From: Patescibacteria group bacterium
GTDB lineage: Bacteria; Patescibacteriota; Microgenomatia; 2-02-FULL-39-11
Assembly: GCA_023379265.1 (NCBI GenBank)
Contig: JAMCUI010000010.1
Coordinates: 200-64,199 of the forward strand
Reading direction: 5' to 3'
DNA length: 64,000 nucleotides
Position 1 is the first letter of the stretch. The number at the start of each line of letters is the position of its first letter. The position numbers were made by a program, and so were the translations under genes. Below, one piece after another: positions 1 through 8,312 of the stretch. A model generated the notes under the pieces. That model had not been told where the DNA came from and ran no database searches. It saw only the letters and a list, made by a program, of their open reading frames with translations.

Positions 1-112
1 GGCGTATTATGTTCTCGCTCTACCACTGAGCCATCCAGGCGTATTATGTTCTCGCTCTAACTGAGCCATCCAGGCGTATTATGTTCTCGCTCTACCACTG
101 AGCCATCAAGCC
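1..112 (-). repeat. Tandem repeat of tRNA 5'-half-like sequence (3 units: 37, 35 and 37 bp)
   Basis: Units at 1-37, 38-72 and 73-109. The minus-strand unit GCCTGGATGGCTCAGTGGTAGAGCGAGAACATAATAC comprises an acceptor 5' strand plus D-arm (GCTC-AGTGGTA-GAGC). There is no T-arm. The array runs off the window start. Confidence 0.85.
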
Positions 113-161
113 ACATAATATATTAAATCTGCTGTTCAATTATTTAGGTAAATTAATATTT

Positions 162-185
162 GTTCTACCACTGAGTCATCCAGGC
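162..185 (-). pseudogene. Additional tRNA 5' fragment
   Basis: GCCTGGATGACTCAGTGGTAGAAC, a near-copy of the repeat unit at 1-112. Confidence 0.7.
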
Positions 186-209
186 AGGTGTTAACTTCGA
201 CGATTTACT

Positions 210-238
210 ATTCTACCTAATTTCTCCAATTTCCTCAA
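210..238 (-). promoter_or_regulatory. Putative sigma70 promoter pointing into the tRNA-fragment array
   Basis: TTGAGG (238-233), 17-nt spacer, TAGAAT (215-210). Confidence 0.5.
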
Positions 239-358
239 TAATCAGCTGGAAATAGGGTCTGGAAAGTGTTAAAGAAAGGATTATCAGATTTAACATTTGG
301 ATTTGACATTATTATTTGACAGTAAATATTCATTAGGTAACAATGATATTGGAAGGGG

Positions 359-580
359 GTGATTATCGTGTATAAGTCATACCTGAAACTCAGGCAGAAT
401 TCCATAAAGTATTTTGAGAAACACATAGACTACAATTCTTTTATCCATATCTTAGGTGGTATAGGGATAGGGGTAATTATCACTTATCCGTTTATCGGTA
501 TACATCCGATACGTTGGGGACTGGTTTTTATAGGATTGGCAATATTGGGCCATATCTATGCCATGACAGGAAAAAAGTAA
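359..580 (+). CDS. Small membrane protein
   Basis: 73 aa with two hydrophobic segments, each carrying a His. Start codon uncertain. Confidence 0.65.
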   Translation: MIIVYKSYLKLRQNSIKYFEKHIDYNSFIHILGGIGIGVIITYPFIGIHPIRWGLVFIGLAILGHIYAMTGKK

Positions 581-595
581 ATGAAATCTAGAAAA

Positions 596-1231
596 TCAGG
601 AGCTGAGTTTTTTGAGATTGTTTATGATTAAAAATCTTCTAGTATAGGATACTATCCCTTTTTTCTTCATTTCCTCAAGTTGCAGGCTGGCTGTTTCCCG
701 CGTAGTGCCTATCCAGGATGCGACCTCCTTATGTGTGAAGGGTAGGGCAATTTTTATCCCTTCCCCGTTTTTCTCCCCGAATTTCTCAGCTAAATAGACA
801 AGAAGTGCTGCCGTTCTGTTGTAAGCAGGTTCAAGCATAAGGCTCTCAAGTCGCAGGGTTAAACCGTGGACTCCCCTTAGTAGACGCTTAGTAAAGTCAT
901 AGAGAAGTGCTGGTTGCTTGTCAAAAAATTCCCGGACATCCTCAAGAGGAGCAAGGTAAGCTTCGACGGTGGATAAGGTATCAAAATAAGTGGAGTTTGG
1001 GGAGCCGTTCATAGCCCACGTCATACAAAAAAAAGATCCGGGTTGAAAGATATTTATGACAAAAATCTCTCCCTTTTGTGAAATGATATATTGTCGTATA
1101 TAACCTTTTTTTAGATAAAAGATACCAGGAGCAGGATCGTCCGCCTGCAGTATACTTTCCCCCTTTTTATAGACGACACGGTCATATTTTTCGAAAAATT
1201 TCTCTATTTTTTTCAGATCTTCCTTTTGCAT
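596..1231 (-). CDS. Crp/Fnr family transcriptional regulator
   Basis: N-terminal cNMP-binding beta-barrel and C-terminal HTH (THKEVASWIGTTRETAS). Confidence 0.93.
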   Translation of the reverse strand: MQKEDLKKIEKFFEKYDRVVYKKGESILQADDPAPGIFYLKKGYIRQYIISQKGEIFVINIFQPGSFFCMTWAMNGSPNSTYFDTLSTVEAYLAPLEDVREFFDKQPALLYDFTKRLLRGVHGLTLRLESLMLEPAYNRTAALLVYLAEKFGEKNGEGIKIALPFTHKEVASWIGTTRETASLQLEEMKKKGIVSYTRRFLIINNLKKLSS

Positions 1232-1356
1232 ATTTTTGAAAAAGGGTATACATAGCCACTTATATCCTATTCTTTATCCTGTGTCAAATACTTATTTTCA
1301 TGAATTTCCCACAATTTTCTCATTGATAAGTTTATATTGCCACAAAGGTGAGTTTT

Positions 1357-1447
1357 ATATACTTCTCAAACTCGGGTTTGAGTCAGTATATACCACACTA
1401 ATCAGTTTTTCTGTAATAAAAATTTGCAAACCTGAGTAAGACTGGTA
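1357..1447. repeat. Degenerate copy of the palindromic MITE-like element
   Basis: Hairpin atatact-ctcaaac/gtttgag-agtatat, followed by 'ctaatc..tttt...tgcaaacctgagtaagactggta', which resembles 53654-53717. Confidence 0.6.
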
Positions 1448-1453
1448 CGCATA

Positions 1454-2287
1454 CTAAAGTTGCGAAAGTGTGGAAATAATTTTTATCCCTTCAGGAATAT
1501 TTTCCGTTTGATTGTGCCGTCTCAGGAGTATAAGTTTTTCAAATCCCGCTTTTTTTGCCGGTAAAAGATCGCTTTTGACAGAGTCACCAATCATGACAGA
1601 TAGGAAGGAACTGTCCAATTTTTTCCTCGCAAAATTCAAGGCTTCCGAAAAAATCTGAGGGTTTGGTTTATCATAAGGATCCGCAATAAAGATATGATCA
1701 GTTGGTATGCCAAGTTTGGTAAACTTGTCGAGTCTTTCCATCTTGAGTTTTTTGGAATATTGGGGATCGTAATGGAATAATCCCGTAGTGTCTGATAAGG
1801 TCAGTCGGTTGTCGGAAGAAGTGATGAGATAAAAGGGTTTTTTTATGACAAGTAGTTTTTTGAGAAAGGGGAGAGCATCAGGATAAAAGTCCGCATGGGT
1901 GGTAATCTCATCCCACAACGCTTTTACAGATGATTGCAATTGTGCATTATTCAGTTTGGTGTCCACTCTCTCAGCGGCAATATAAAGTATGGCCTCGCGG
2001 CTCCAACGCTTTATATCTCCATACCGGTCTATAATCGGTTTTTCTACCTCGTTCAGCCGGGAAAGATAAAAATCGGCAATTGACTGTTCCATTTTGCCCA
2101 ATATTTTTCCCTGATGCCGGGAAAATAGGATATTAAATGAAAGGCCGAATTCCTGTGTAATTTGACTATAGTTTTGTATTCCATTTTGTCTCAAACTAAT
2201 ACTTAGTCTATCAAAATGAGTTTTCCCTAAAAGGCTGGTTTTTATAAGACAATCATCAATGTCGAGGAAATAAACTGACTTTTGCAT
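1454..2287 (-). CDS. HAD-superfamily hydrolase
   Basis: Motifs FLDIDDCL, ITSS, KP and MIGDSVKSD. Start placed at ATG 2287, 6 nt after TATAAT. Confidence 0.88.
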   Translation of the reverse strand: MQKSVYFLDIDDCLIKTSLLGKTHFDRLSISLRQNGIQNYSQITQEFGLSFNILFSRHQGKILGKMEQSIADFYLSRLNEVEKPIIDRYGDIKRWSREAILYIAAERVDTKLNNAQLQSSVKALWDEITTHADFYPDALPFLKKLLVIKKPFYLITSSDNRLTLSDTTGLFHYDPQYSKKLKMERLDKFTKLGIPTDHIFIADPYDKPNPQIFSEALNFARKKLDSSFLSVMIGDSVKSDLLPAKKAGFEKLILLRRHNQTENIPEGIKIISTLSQL

Positions 2288-2449
2288 GCCTTTATTATAC
2301 ACGAGGTAAATTCTGGTAATAATTATGACAGTTATAACCGGTCATCTTACACCAGACAGTTCAGGAGGAATACTAAGCCCAAAGAGAGTGCATGTTGGGA
2401 ATAAGGCTTTGGTTGGACGGGTAAGAGATTAATAAATGGACGCTATTTA

Positions 2450-3403
2450 TTATTGTAAATATTCCTCAATATTTTTCAAATGTTCCTCGTAAGTCTTGGC
2501 ACAGTGGATTTGCTTATTGTGGTCGTGAAGATAAAAAAGACAGTCTGTTTGAGCAGGGTAGATAGCGGCTTTGATTGAAGAAAGGCCCGGGCTGTCAATA
2601 GGGCCTGGAGGAAGTTTTCTTATAATGTATGTGTTATATAGCGAGTTAACAGTCAGATCTTGCGGTGTAACATGCGGCCACCAGTCGGCGGGAGTGCCGA
2701 TAGCATACTGGACTGTAGCGTCTATCTGCAGTTTCATATTCTGATCAAGTCTGTTCCAGATTATGCCTGCGATAAGAGCTTTATCACTGTCACCTCCGCT
2801 TTCCCGCTCGATAAGAGATGCTATTTTTACCGCAGTGTCGATCCTGACGTTTTGGGAAAGAAGATCTTTTTGCATTTGAGGTATTAGGTGGTCGTTAAAG
2901 TTGGAAATAAGCCGCTGCGCAACCTCTTTTCCGGTATAGTCAACATTTAATAAATATGTGTCAGGATACATATAACCCTCATTTGCGTTTTTGAGAAAAT
3001 CCTGAAGATGAGTTTTGTCCCAGTTAAATTTTTTAGCCAGGCGTTCGGCTGTCTGGTCAAGACGCAGCCCCGGAACAAGCACTATCCATTTCTGGTATGG
3101 GTGAAAAAGTAGCGTGTTGGTTATCTGAAGAGCATTCATATTGTGGGATAATAAGTATGAGCCTGGTTCGACAGTACCGGGAAAATTGGTAAGTCCTGAG
3201 ACTATGTTAAATACTTTTTCGGAGTGGATAAAGTTGTCTTTTCTCAACATGTGTACTATTGTGTCTTGTTCGGTATTAAGTGGAATTGTGAAAATGATTT
3301 GTTTACTGGAGAGGCCTGTAGGGGAAAGATAATAGATCAAAAGTATGGTCAGAATAATGAAGAAAAGAAAAAAGAGCTTGATTATGCCTTTGAAAATAGA
3401 CAT
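2450..3403 (-). CDS. mltG: Endolytic transglycosylase MltG (YceG-like)
   Basis: EGYMYPDTY, ASLIERE, LQIDATVQY, YNTY..LPPGPI; N-terminal TM helix. Confidence 0.95.
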   Translation of the reverse strand: MSIFKGIIKLFFLFFIILTILLIYYLSPTGLSSKQIIFTIPLNTEQDTIVHMLRKDNFIHSEKVFNIVSGLTNFPGTVEPGSYLLSHNMNALQITNTLLFHPYQKWIVLVPGLRLDQTAERLAKKFNWDKTHLQDFLKNANEGYMYPDTYLLNVDYTGKEVAQRLISNFNDHLIPQMQKDLLSQNVRIDTAVKIASLIERESGGDSDKALIAGIIWNRLDQNMKLQIDATVQYAIGTPADWWPHVTPQDLTVNSLYNTYIIRKLPPGPIDSPGLSSIKAAIYPAQTDCLFYLHDHNKQIHCAKTYEEHLKNIEEYLQ

Positions 3404-3488
3404 AGAAAATTAGTATATCACAACAAATTTGAGAGATTGGTTTCATCATATTTTCATAACCGTAGAATAAATTCAAATAACTTCCTGT

Positions 3489-4040
3489 ATGGAGAATAAT
3501 CCTGAAAAGAAAATGAAAAGCAGGGGAGAACTGCATAAAATATTTGTTATATTATTTTTTAATATTGTCTTCGGTCTGGATGAGGCGGTGGTAGTAGTTT
3601 ATCTGCGGGAGATGTTGCAAAGAGGTAAGACAGACTTTTTTATGCATCTCTTGGCTCTGGGACAGCATGCAGAGCTTTTTTCCCTGGGCATTATCGCCTT
3701 TCTGACTCCGCAGTCTTTTGCCGGATGGGCTAATTACAATATTGAGCAGCTGCGGGAGGTAGGGACAATGGTGATGCTTCTGGCATTAGGATACGTAGCC
3801 GGCAGAAACCTGAAGGAAAAAGCGGCCTATTTCTTTTTGAGTTTCGGGGTGTGGGATATTTTTTATTATATCTGGCTTTATATTCTAATCGGATGGCCAA
3901 AATCATTGTCTGACTTGGATATTCTTTTCCTTTTGCCTGTGCCGTGGGTGGCTCCTGTAGTATTGCCTGTGTTTATATCTTTGTTTATGGTGATAATATC
4001 GATTTATTACTTAAAGAAAGCGACTGATATTACTGAATGA
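3489..4040 (+). CDS. Conserved hypothetical membrane protein
   Basis: Multiple TM helices; EAVVVVYLR, REVGTMVML and WDIFYY segments. Confidence 0.8.
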   Translation: MENNPEKKMKSRGELHKIFVILFFNIVFGLDEAVVVVYLREMLQRGKTDFFMHLLALGQHAELFSLGIIAFLTPQSFAGWANYNIEQLREVGTMVMLLALGYVAGRNLKEKAAYFFLSFGVWDIFYYIWLYILIGWPKSLSDLDILFLLPVPWVAPVVLPVFISLFMVIISIYYLKKATDITE

Positions 4041-5745
4041 ATACGGGAGAGGTAGAAATCTGTATCTCTTGAGGATCAACTAAAGTTGAATTCCCGTTTA
4101 TATCAGTTTCCGTTGCCGAACTTTTATTTAGAGGCAGATTAATGGTTGTTGATCCTGTGCTCCAAACTACATATATATTTTTATCGTTCTTGGTAAATTC
4201 ATATCCATAAACATTGTTTCCCAGATTTAGGGATTGGGAAAAGGTGGTGCCATACAGTTTCTCTGACGTTATTTTATAGGCAGTGGCCGCGGGTCTGGGA
4301 TTGTTTTGGCTGTCTACCAGACCGACATGTCCTTCACTCTCAAGAGCAAAATCGTCAAACAGCCAGTAGTTGTAAACAGTGACGTTTCCACCAAGGGCAA
4401 CAATCATTTGTTTGGTCAGGTCTTGGGCCTGAGTATTTGGGTCAAAACCATTGCCCGGAGCACCCCACCAGCTATACCAGCCTTCCCATAGATCTAGAGG
4501 TTTATCATCATTTTGTGCTTTAAGATTGGTGTGTATGTAATCAAGGACGATGGCAAGATCCTGCCAAGGAGCGCCGTTATGTATCTGCATATGGTCATAC
4601 CAATTATGATTTTGAAAAAGCAGGTTTTCCCACTGCAGGAGTTTCTGAATTCCCGGATCATCAACTAGAGTTTGGAATTGTGAAAGATTAGTAATATGGA
4701 GTGACTGGCTGTTTCTTTGGAAATGCTCATCATAGCTTTTGGCAAAATTCATAGCCTCCTGAGTTTTGCCCTGTTGGTAAAGCCAGATAGCTGTCAGATA
4801 CCCAAGTCCTTCATGTGACATAGCAGCGTCTTCAACAATCGCGTCCGGATCAGCAGCGTGTATGGCTTTGTAGGCTGTCTGAAGCTGCGTGAAGTACTCC
4901 TCTGGCGTCCCACCCCAGTTCTGGCTGGCGTGAGCCTCGTTTTCTATGGAGTATCTTTTGATCTTACCCTTATAATGGGAAGCTACCTGATAGACAAAGT
5001 TGTAGTAATCGTCAGAGCTCACTGCCGGCATGGAAGGTTTGTGACGGGAATTGGTGGATGCTGTTGGGACCGGTTGTGTTGCCCAGGGCGCATCAGAGAG
5101 AATATGGACGGCTACTTGTTGGCCGCAATTGCGGAAGCTATCCACCCAGTTGTCAAACTGGCTCCAGCTCCAGACGTCTTTTTGCGGCTCTAATCTTTGC
5201 CAGGAAAGGGTGAGCCAGTTGAAATGCGAACCATAGTGTTGTATTTCACTGCAAAATTGCGGAAGGTCCTGAATCATAACTCCTGTGCCAAAAGTGATAC
5301 CGTTGGTATACGCAATATTGGAATTATTGGTGTTTGAAAGACCTTCACCGGTAGGAATACTGATATAACCAGGTGGTAGAGGCATATTGTTTCCATTTGG
5401 GAAGCATAGTTTAATTTTATCCCAGACGTCTGGAGTTAGCCCGCCGTTTTGTTGTACTTCCTTTACCAGATTTTCTGATTCTGTCATGCCTAGTTTTTTT
5501 AGGATACACTGTTTTACCTGAGAGGTTAATTCGTTTCTCAGTTCCTGAAGTGAAAGTATTGATTTGTTTGATGAAGAAGTCTTTGAGGAGTTGGAAGTGC
5601 GTATACCAACTTTTTGTTCTATTTGTGCAAACGTTTCCTCATGCGTCTTCATGTATGCACCGATACCAATTCCGATAGCGGTGAGTCCGGCCACAAAGAG
5701 AATAAGGAGAGGAATAAATCCTTTACTTGACTTGTGATTTACCAT
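4030..5745 (-). CDS. Membrane-anchored clan-A glycoside hydrolase-like protein (GH39/GH5-like)
   Basis: W..LEPQ..W.W..FD, IENE (acid/base) and LWEG (candidate nucleophile). N-terminus KG|FIPLLI followed by a TM helix. Start placed at ATG 5745. Confidence 0.75.
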   Translation of the reverse strand: MVNHKSSKGFIPLLILFVAGLTAIGIGIGAYMKTHEETFAQIEQKVGIRTSNSSKTSSSNKSILSLQELRNELTSQVKQCILKKLGMTESENLVKEVQQNGGLTPDVWDKIKLCFPNGNNMPLPPGYISIPTGEGLSNTNNSNIAYTNGITFGTGVMIQDLPQFCSEIQHYGSHFNWLTLSWQRLEPQKDVWSWSQFDNWVDSFRNCGQQVAVHILSDAPWATQPVPTASTNSRHKPSMPAVSSDDYYNFVYQVASHYKGKIKRYSIENEAHASQNWGGTPEEYFTQLQTAYKAIHAADPDAIVEDAAMSHEGLGYLTAIWLYQQGKTQEAMNFAKSYDEHFQRNSQSLHITNLSQFQTLVDDPGIQKLLQWENLLFQNHNWYDHMQIHNGAPWQDLAIVLDYIHTNLKAQNDDKPLDLWEGWYSWWGAPGNGFDPNTQAQDLTKQMIVALGGNVTVYNYWLFDDFALESEGHVGLVDSQNNPRPAATAYKITSEKLYGTTFSQSLNLGNNVYGYEFTKNDKNIYVVWSTGSTTINLPLNKSSATETDINGNSTLVDPQEIQISTSPVFIQ

Positions 5746-5826
5746 ACAAATGGAATGATACTTCGAATTATATGATAATTTGATGGAAAAAGACAATTTA
5801 CTTTGACAAGCCGTAATTTAGATTAG

Positions 5827-5909
5827 TGCTGAGGCCAGGATTCGAACCTGGGAAGGCGTGAGCCAGCAGTTTTACAGACTGCCCCGTTTGGCCGCTTCGG
5901 TACCTCAGC
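5827..5909 (-). tRNA. tRNA-Tyr(GTA)
   Basis: GCTGAGG/CCTCAGC acceptor stem, anticodon arm GCAGT-CTGTAAA-ACTGC, long variable arm, GGTTCGAATCC T-loop. CCA is not encoded. Confidence 0.96.
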
Positions 5910-6011
5910 GATATTTAGTTTGCATTTAGTGGTTGTTTGTTGATTGTTAGTTATTTTTTTGCTTAGATTAACTTCTGATTACAAACAACCAACTAGCAAC
6001 AAGATTTTTTG

Positions 6012-6082
6012 AGCCCTTTGTCAGAATCGAACTGACGTCAACAGTTTACAAAACTGCCGCTTTACCACTAAGCTAAAAGGGC
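6012..6082 (-). tRNA. tRNA-Thr(TGT)
   Basis: GCCCTTT/AAAGGGC acceptor stem, anticodon arm GCAGT-TTTGTAA-ACTGT, T-arm GTCAG-TTCGATT-CTGAC. Confidence 0.95.
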
Positions 6083-6085
6083 CTA

Positions 6086-6234
6086 TTTATCCCGACATCC
6101 GCCTGATGGCGGGGTCGGGACTAACTGGCAGTAAAACTCACTTTGTTCGTTAATTGCCAGTTGAGCAAAACCGTCGCTTTTACTCAGTAAAATTCCTCAG
6201 GATTTTTAATGAGCTGCCACTGAGCTAAGGAGGC
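6086..6234 (-). pseudogene. tRNA-Thr-like remnant interrupted by three hairpin insertions
   Basis: GCCTCCTTAGCTCAGTGGCA (6234-6215), hairpin, AAAGCGACGGTTTTG (6180-6166), two hairpins, TAAA (6089-6086). No T-arm or 3' acceptor strand. Confidence 0.7.
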
Positions 6235-6371
6235 AGTTTCTTCAGAATGTTTTCATATTTTACAATTCTTTTTTCAGCCTGTCTACTTGACACATCATGA
6301 TCAATTTGTAACACTGAGATTAGACCGACAGTAATTTCGTTAATTCGTAAAATACTGGTGGTCAGGATTTT

Positions 6372-8225
6372 GTGAATAGAAGAAGATATTTAAGCGTATT
6401 TTCTTTTCTTTTCCTGTTTTGTATTCTTTATCAGGGATTGTTTCTTGCGCCTTTCAAAAACACTGTTTTTGCAGCAGATACCTTAGATTTAAACTCAACT
6501 TCTGGAACAAACCAGATTATAGTAGTCTTTAATTCCTCTCCGACATCTACTACTCTAATGAATTTTGTGATGAATAATAATCAGCTACAGCCTAAATACG
6601 GGTTGACCGCCTCAAATTCTATGGTTTTTGGGCTTTCTACAGGAACTGTTTCAGCTCAGCTTTTGACAACAATCCGTCAGCAGTCGAACGTGAAGGCTGT
6701 ATTTCCCAATTACCATATGACACTCATGGGTACTCCAAATGATACGTATGTTGGTCAGCAGTGGAACTTGCAATCGTTGAAACTGGTAGGGAGCGCTCAA
6801 AGTGCTTGGGATGTGACTCATGGTTCCTCATCTATAGTGGTCGGAGTAATTGATTCAGGTATAGACTCGGCAAATCCCGATCTTGCAGGAAAGATTGATT
6901 CCATGGCTGATTGCAGTACAGGGACGTGTACAACTGTTTCTTCAATGACAGATAGTCTGACAGAACCTCATGGCACACATGTATCAGGACTTATAGGTGC
7001 AGTCACGAATAATGGACAGGGGATCGCAAGTTCAGGTTTCGACACTAAAGTAATGATGGTAAAAGTGGCGGATGCCGGAGGACAAATAATGATTTCAAAC
7101 GTAATAAACGGTATTAAATGGGCGGCTGACCATGGGGCTAAAGTGATAAATATGAGTTTGGGACAATTGGCTGACAATCTGGACGCAAATGCAATTTCCC
7201 AGATAAACGATGCTGTTTCATATGCGTGGGGAAAAGGGATCGTGCTTGTGGCCTCAGCCGGTAACTGCGGTGGAAATACCAACGGTGATAATTCGTGTGC
7301 TTTGACCGATGCGCAGGGAAATCCGACCGGGCAGTTTTTAATAAACAAAAAGGTATATCCGGCTGCTTCTCCCAACGTTATTTCCGTTGCTGCCATAACC
7401 CGTGACGGGACGTTGGCTCCTTATTCTGAACACAATGATGCAACTGATTCTTCTATAGGTAACTGGATAGATGTGGTTGCACCAGGCGGCCTCTGCAGCA
7501 GTCAGAATGATGCTCAGAACTGTATTCTGTCCACATTTTATTCCACACAGGGAGACTATGGGTATATGGCGGGGACTTCTATGGCCTCTCCGCAGGTTGC
7601 AGGTATTGCTGCCTTACTTTTTGCCGTTAACCCTCACCTGACCAATGCTCAAATAAAAGGAATGATTGAATCAACAGCTGATAAAAGCATTGCGTCAGGA
7701 GCATCTGTCAATGGAGAACCAAACGCTTTATCTGCAGTAAATGCGGCCTCAGCAGCAGTGACTCCTGGTGCTCCAACGGTAACACCGGGAGGAGACACTC
7801 CGACCCCCAGCCTGACAAATGCAGCAGATACTCCTACACCGACTCCGGTTGTTCCCAATGTAACACCTTCAGTTACTCCAACTCCAAGTCCCTCTCCTTA
7901 TCCGACCGTGCCGCCGAAGCTGCCGCATACTTACCCTTCCCCGATGCCCTCCGGACCATATTGTCCGGCGATCACCAACTGTTCCCATAAAGAAGTCGGT
8001 GACGCCAATTGTGACGGGGTAGTAGATGAAAGCGATTTTAAGCTGTGGTGGGAAGAGTTTGACACGATACCTCCGGCATCCCCAGCTAACCAGAATGCAA
8101 ATTTTGCCTGTGTTGAAGGAAACAAAAGTTCATATTTTGCCGATCTGGTCAGTTTTGAGATTTGGAGAAGAAATTCTATAAGCGGTTTGATGTCTACAGC
8201 GCCTGGTAACAACTCGAACCAATAA
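6372..8225 (+). CDS. Secreted S8 subtilisin-like protease with PT-rich linker and C-terminal dockerin-like domain
   Basis: Catalytic triad motifs VIDSG, HGTHVSG and GTSMASP; signal peptide; GDANCDGVVDESDF. Confidence 0.93.
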   Translation: MNRRRYLSVFSFLFLFCILYQGLFLAPFKNTVFAADTLDLNSTSGTNQIIVVFNSSPTSTTLMNFVMNNNQLQPKYGLTASNSMVFGLSTGTVSAQLLTTIRQQSNVKAVFPNYHMTLMGTPNDTYVGQQWNLQSLKLVGSAQSAWDVTHGSSSIVVGVIDSGIDSANPDLAGKIDSMADCSTGTCTTVSSMTDSLTEPHGTHVSGLIGAVTNNGQGIASSGFDTKVMMVKVADAGGQIMISNVINGIKWAADHGAKVINMSLGQLADNLDANAISQINDAVSYAWGKGIVLVASAGNCGGNTNGDNSCALTDAQGNPTGQFLINKKVYPAASPNVISVAAITRDGTLAPYSEHNDATDSSIGNWIDVVAPGGLCSSQNDAQNCILSTFYSTQGDYGYMAGTSMASPQVAGIAALLFAVNPHLTNAQIKGMIESTADKSIASGASVNGEPNALSAVNAASAAVTPGAPTVTPGGDTPTPSLTNAADTPTPTPVVPNVTPSVTPTPSPSPYPTVPPKLPHTYPSPMPSGPYCPAITNCSHKEVGDANCDGVVDESDFKLWWEEFDTIPPASPANQNANFACVEGNKSSYFADLVSFEIWRRNSISGLMSTAPGNNSNQ

Positions 8226-8269
8226 GTAGAGAAAGCCACAGGTGAAGACTATATAGTGCAATAATTTCA

Positions 8270-8298
8270 TTGACATCCTGAAGATATATTCGTATATT
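8270..8298 (+). promoter_or_regulatory. Sigma70 promoter
   Basis: TTGACA, 17-nt spacer, TATATT, upstream of ATG 8313. Confidence 0.65.
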
Positions 8299-8312
8299 GT
8301 CGTTTATCGGCT

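Noticed and set aside
1-112. CRISPR array
   Set aside because: The 37-bp units are contiguous with no unique spacers, they match tRNA sequence, and no cas genes are present.
1236-1439. 67-aa ORF upstream of the crp-like gene
   Set aside because: TTG start, no recognisable motif, and it overlaps a palindromic repeat, so it is probably spurious.
2303-2449. Possible ncRNA or riboswitch between mltG and the HAD gene
   Set aside because: No convincing stems or known consensus, and the HAD gene has its own -10 box next to the start.
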